Positions 33,546 through 34,632 of a DNA stretch of 34,632 nt are shown piece after piece. A program made the translations under genes and the position numbers. Each line of letters begins with the position of its first letter. Within the stretch, counting starts at the first letter, position 1. This DNA is from Halocafeteria seosinensis (lineage: Eukaryota), in the NCBI GenBank assembly GCA_001687465.1, contig LVLI01000085.1, forward strand, positions 62,001 through 96,632, written 5' to 3'. The notes under the pieces were generated by a model that did no database searches, was not told the origin of the DNA, and saw only the letters and a list, made by a program, of their open reading frames with translations.

Positions 33546-34094
33546 TTACTTGTTTCTGTTATTTCTTTTCCGATGCTTCTTGTTTTTCCTCCTTTCCAAA
33601 CGCTTCGTTTTCTTCGCAGCCTTGCCACTAACGTTTGCCGGCGCTGGCTGCTCACTGTTGTCAGGATTTCTTGTCGTATTCTGGATATTCTGAAGTTCAG
33701 TCATGGCTTGTGCCGAGGTATCTGTAGTGGAAGCATGTGACCGTACAGATGTAGCTGCCAAATATTGGCTGATTAGCTCTTGTAACTGGTCCCGGGTTGC
33801 CCCGTCAGCACCACTGGCTCCACTGGCTGCTCCAGCTCCTCCTGCTAGCATCTGTCTCATGATCGATTGAAAATAGTGTGATGGATCTTCATTTTCAGTT
33901 GACCACTGAGAGTATGAATTACCGTAGCCCTCATTTCCTTCCGATCCGTCCTCGTCATCGCTTAACTGCTCATCCCAAAACTGAGGATAGCCGTCTGAAT
34001 CATAGTCTATCAACGCGTTCCCATCCTCATCGACATCGCCCATAAGAATGGCTTTCTTCTCGTAGGGGTCCATTCCATCAAAGGGGTCGTCCAT
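33546..34094 (-). CDS. Hypothetical protein, 182 aa, acidic N-half and Lys/Arg-rich C-terminus (may have an upstream exon)
   Basis: ATG-started ORF with protein-like polarised composition (D/E-rich, then G/A linker, then KKTKRLERRKNKKHRKR, an NLS-like tail). A CAACAG just upstream of the ATG could be an acceptor. No family recognised. Confidence 0.7.
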   Translation of the reverse strand: MDDPFDGMDPYEKKAILMGDVDEDGNALIDYDSDGYPQFWDEQLSDDEDGSEGNEGYGNSYSQWSTENEDPSHYFQSIMRQMLAGGAGAASGASGADGATRDQLQELISQYLAATSVRSHASTTDTSAQAMTELQNIQNTTRNPDNSEQPAPANVSGKAAKKTKRLERRKNKKHRKRNNRNK

Positions 34095-34300
34095 ATTGAC
34101 TGTTGGGGTCGAACGTGTACGTTTAGCTTACGCAGTACAATATTTAACACAAAGTGGGAGTATACTCCAACAAATAAATAAAAGGAAAGTAAGAATTCAC
34201 ACTACATATGCATGCATGTACCCTTTTCATACCATACAAATTGGTACAATGTAATTAACGCCTGGCTCGTCACCTTCACAAAATAGGAGCGGGCAGCGCG

Positions 34301-34318
34301 CGCGAATCGCGATTCGCG
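34301..34318. repeat. Perfect 18-bp palindrome CGCGAATCGCGATTCGCG
   Basis: Self-complementary. It extends by GCGC/GCGC on the flanks if G34300 is bulged. Confidence 0.9.
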
Positions 34319-34632
34319 GCGCGATGTGTACACAAGTTGTAGCAGGAGAAGAAGGAGGGGGAGAGTATTGTTATTGGTCGTCATTGCATCATACGGCGTA
34401 GGTGGATTGCATTACGCGGGTGTATCCCTATCATCCCTTAGAATTGAGTCATACAAGTCCGAGTTCTACACCCACAGTGCGAAAATACACACACACAAAT
34501 GTGACAGATAGCCCACCGGCCGGGAAGTTGACCACATCCTCTTAACGAGGAGCGGTAAGCGCCCGTGTTAAGCAGCGACGGGCCCGCTGTTCCTGCAGCC
34601 TTGCTGACATGCGCCGTGGGGGAACACAGCAC

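Noticed and set aside
34438..34632. 64-aa minus-strand ORF at the right edge
   Set aside because: Truncated by the window edge, with no motif or splice support.
1..34632. CRISPR array, prophage, transposon or introner family
   Set aside because: No repeat-spacer array, transposase/RT/integrase motif or terminal repeats. The introns share no extended similarity beyond splice signals.

Overview
Gene-dense eukaryotic (protist-like) genomic DNA using the standard code, with short GT-AG introns (about 58-114 nt) and two ambiguous bases (7023, 11522). RABL2 implies a flagellated or ciliated lineage; a stramenopile-like host is only a guess. Most of the window is one five-exon minus-strand gene (~25804/25723 to 2761) that the ORF track splits into five ORFs. 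Spliced by hand, it gives one continuous frame of ~7,560-7,580 aa: a giant VPS13-family bridge-like lipid transfer protein. Its accessory architecture is unusual: a PH domain inside the VAB region, a ~1,100-aa insert holding a canonical C2 domain plus a split C2 with a PDZ domain nested in it, and a PX-like C-terminal extension. Other genes: an SRSF3/RBP1-like SR splicing factor (4 exons); an uncharacterised WW-WW-PH-helical protein; an Rpp21/Snm1-family RNase P/MRP zinc-ribbon subunit whose ATG is only 23 bp from the WW gene's ATG (head-to-head); RABL2 (4 exons); an acidic/basic orphan ORF; and possibly a truncated gene at the left edge. An ~80-bp tandem duplication copies the VPS13 stop-codon region. 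No tRNA, rRNA, CRISPR array or transposon was recognised. All domain calls are by eye from motifs, not from database searches.
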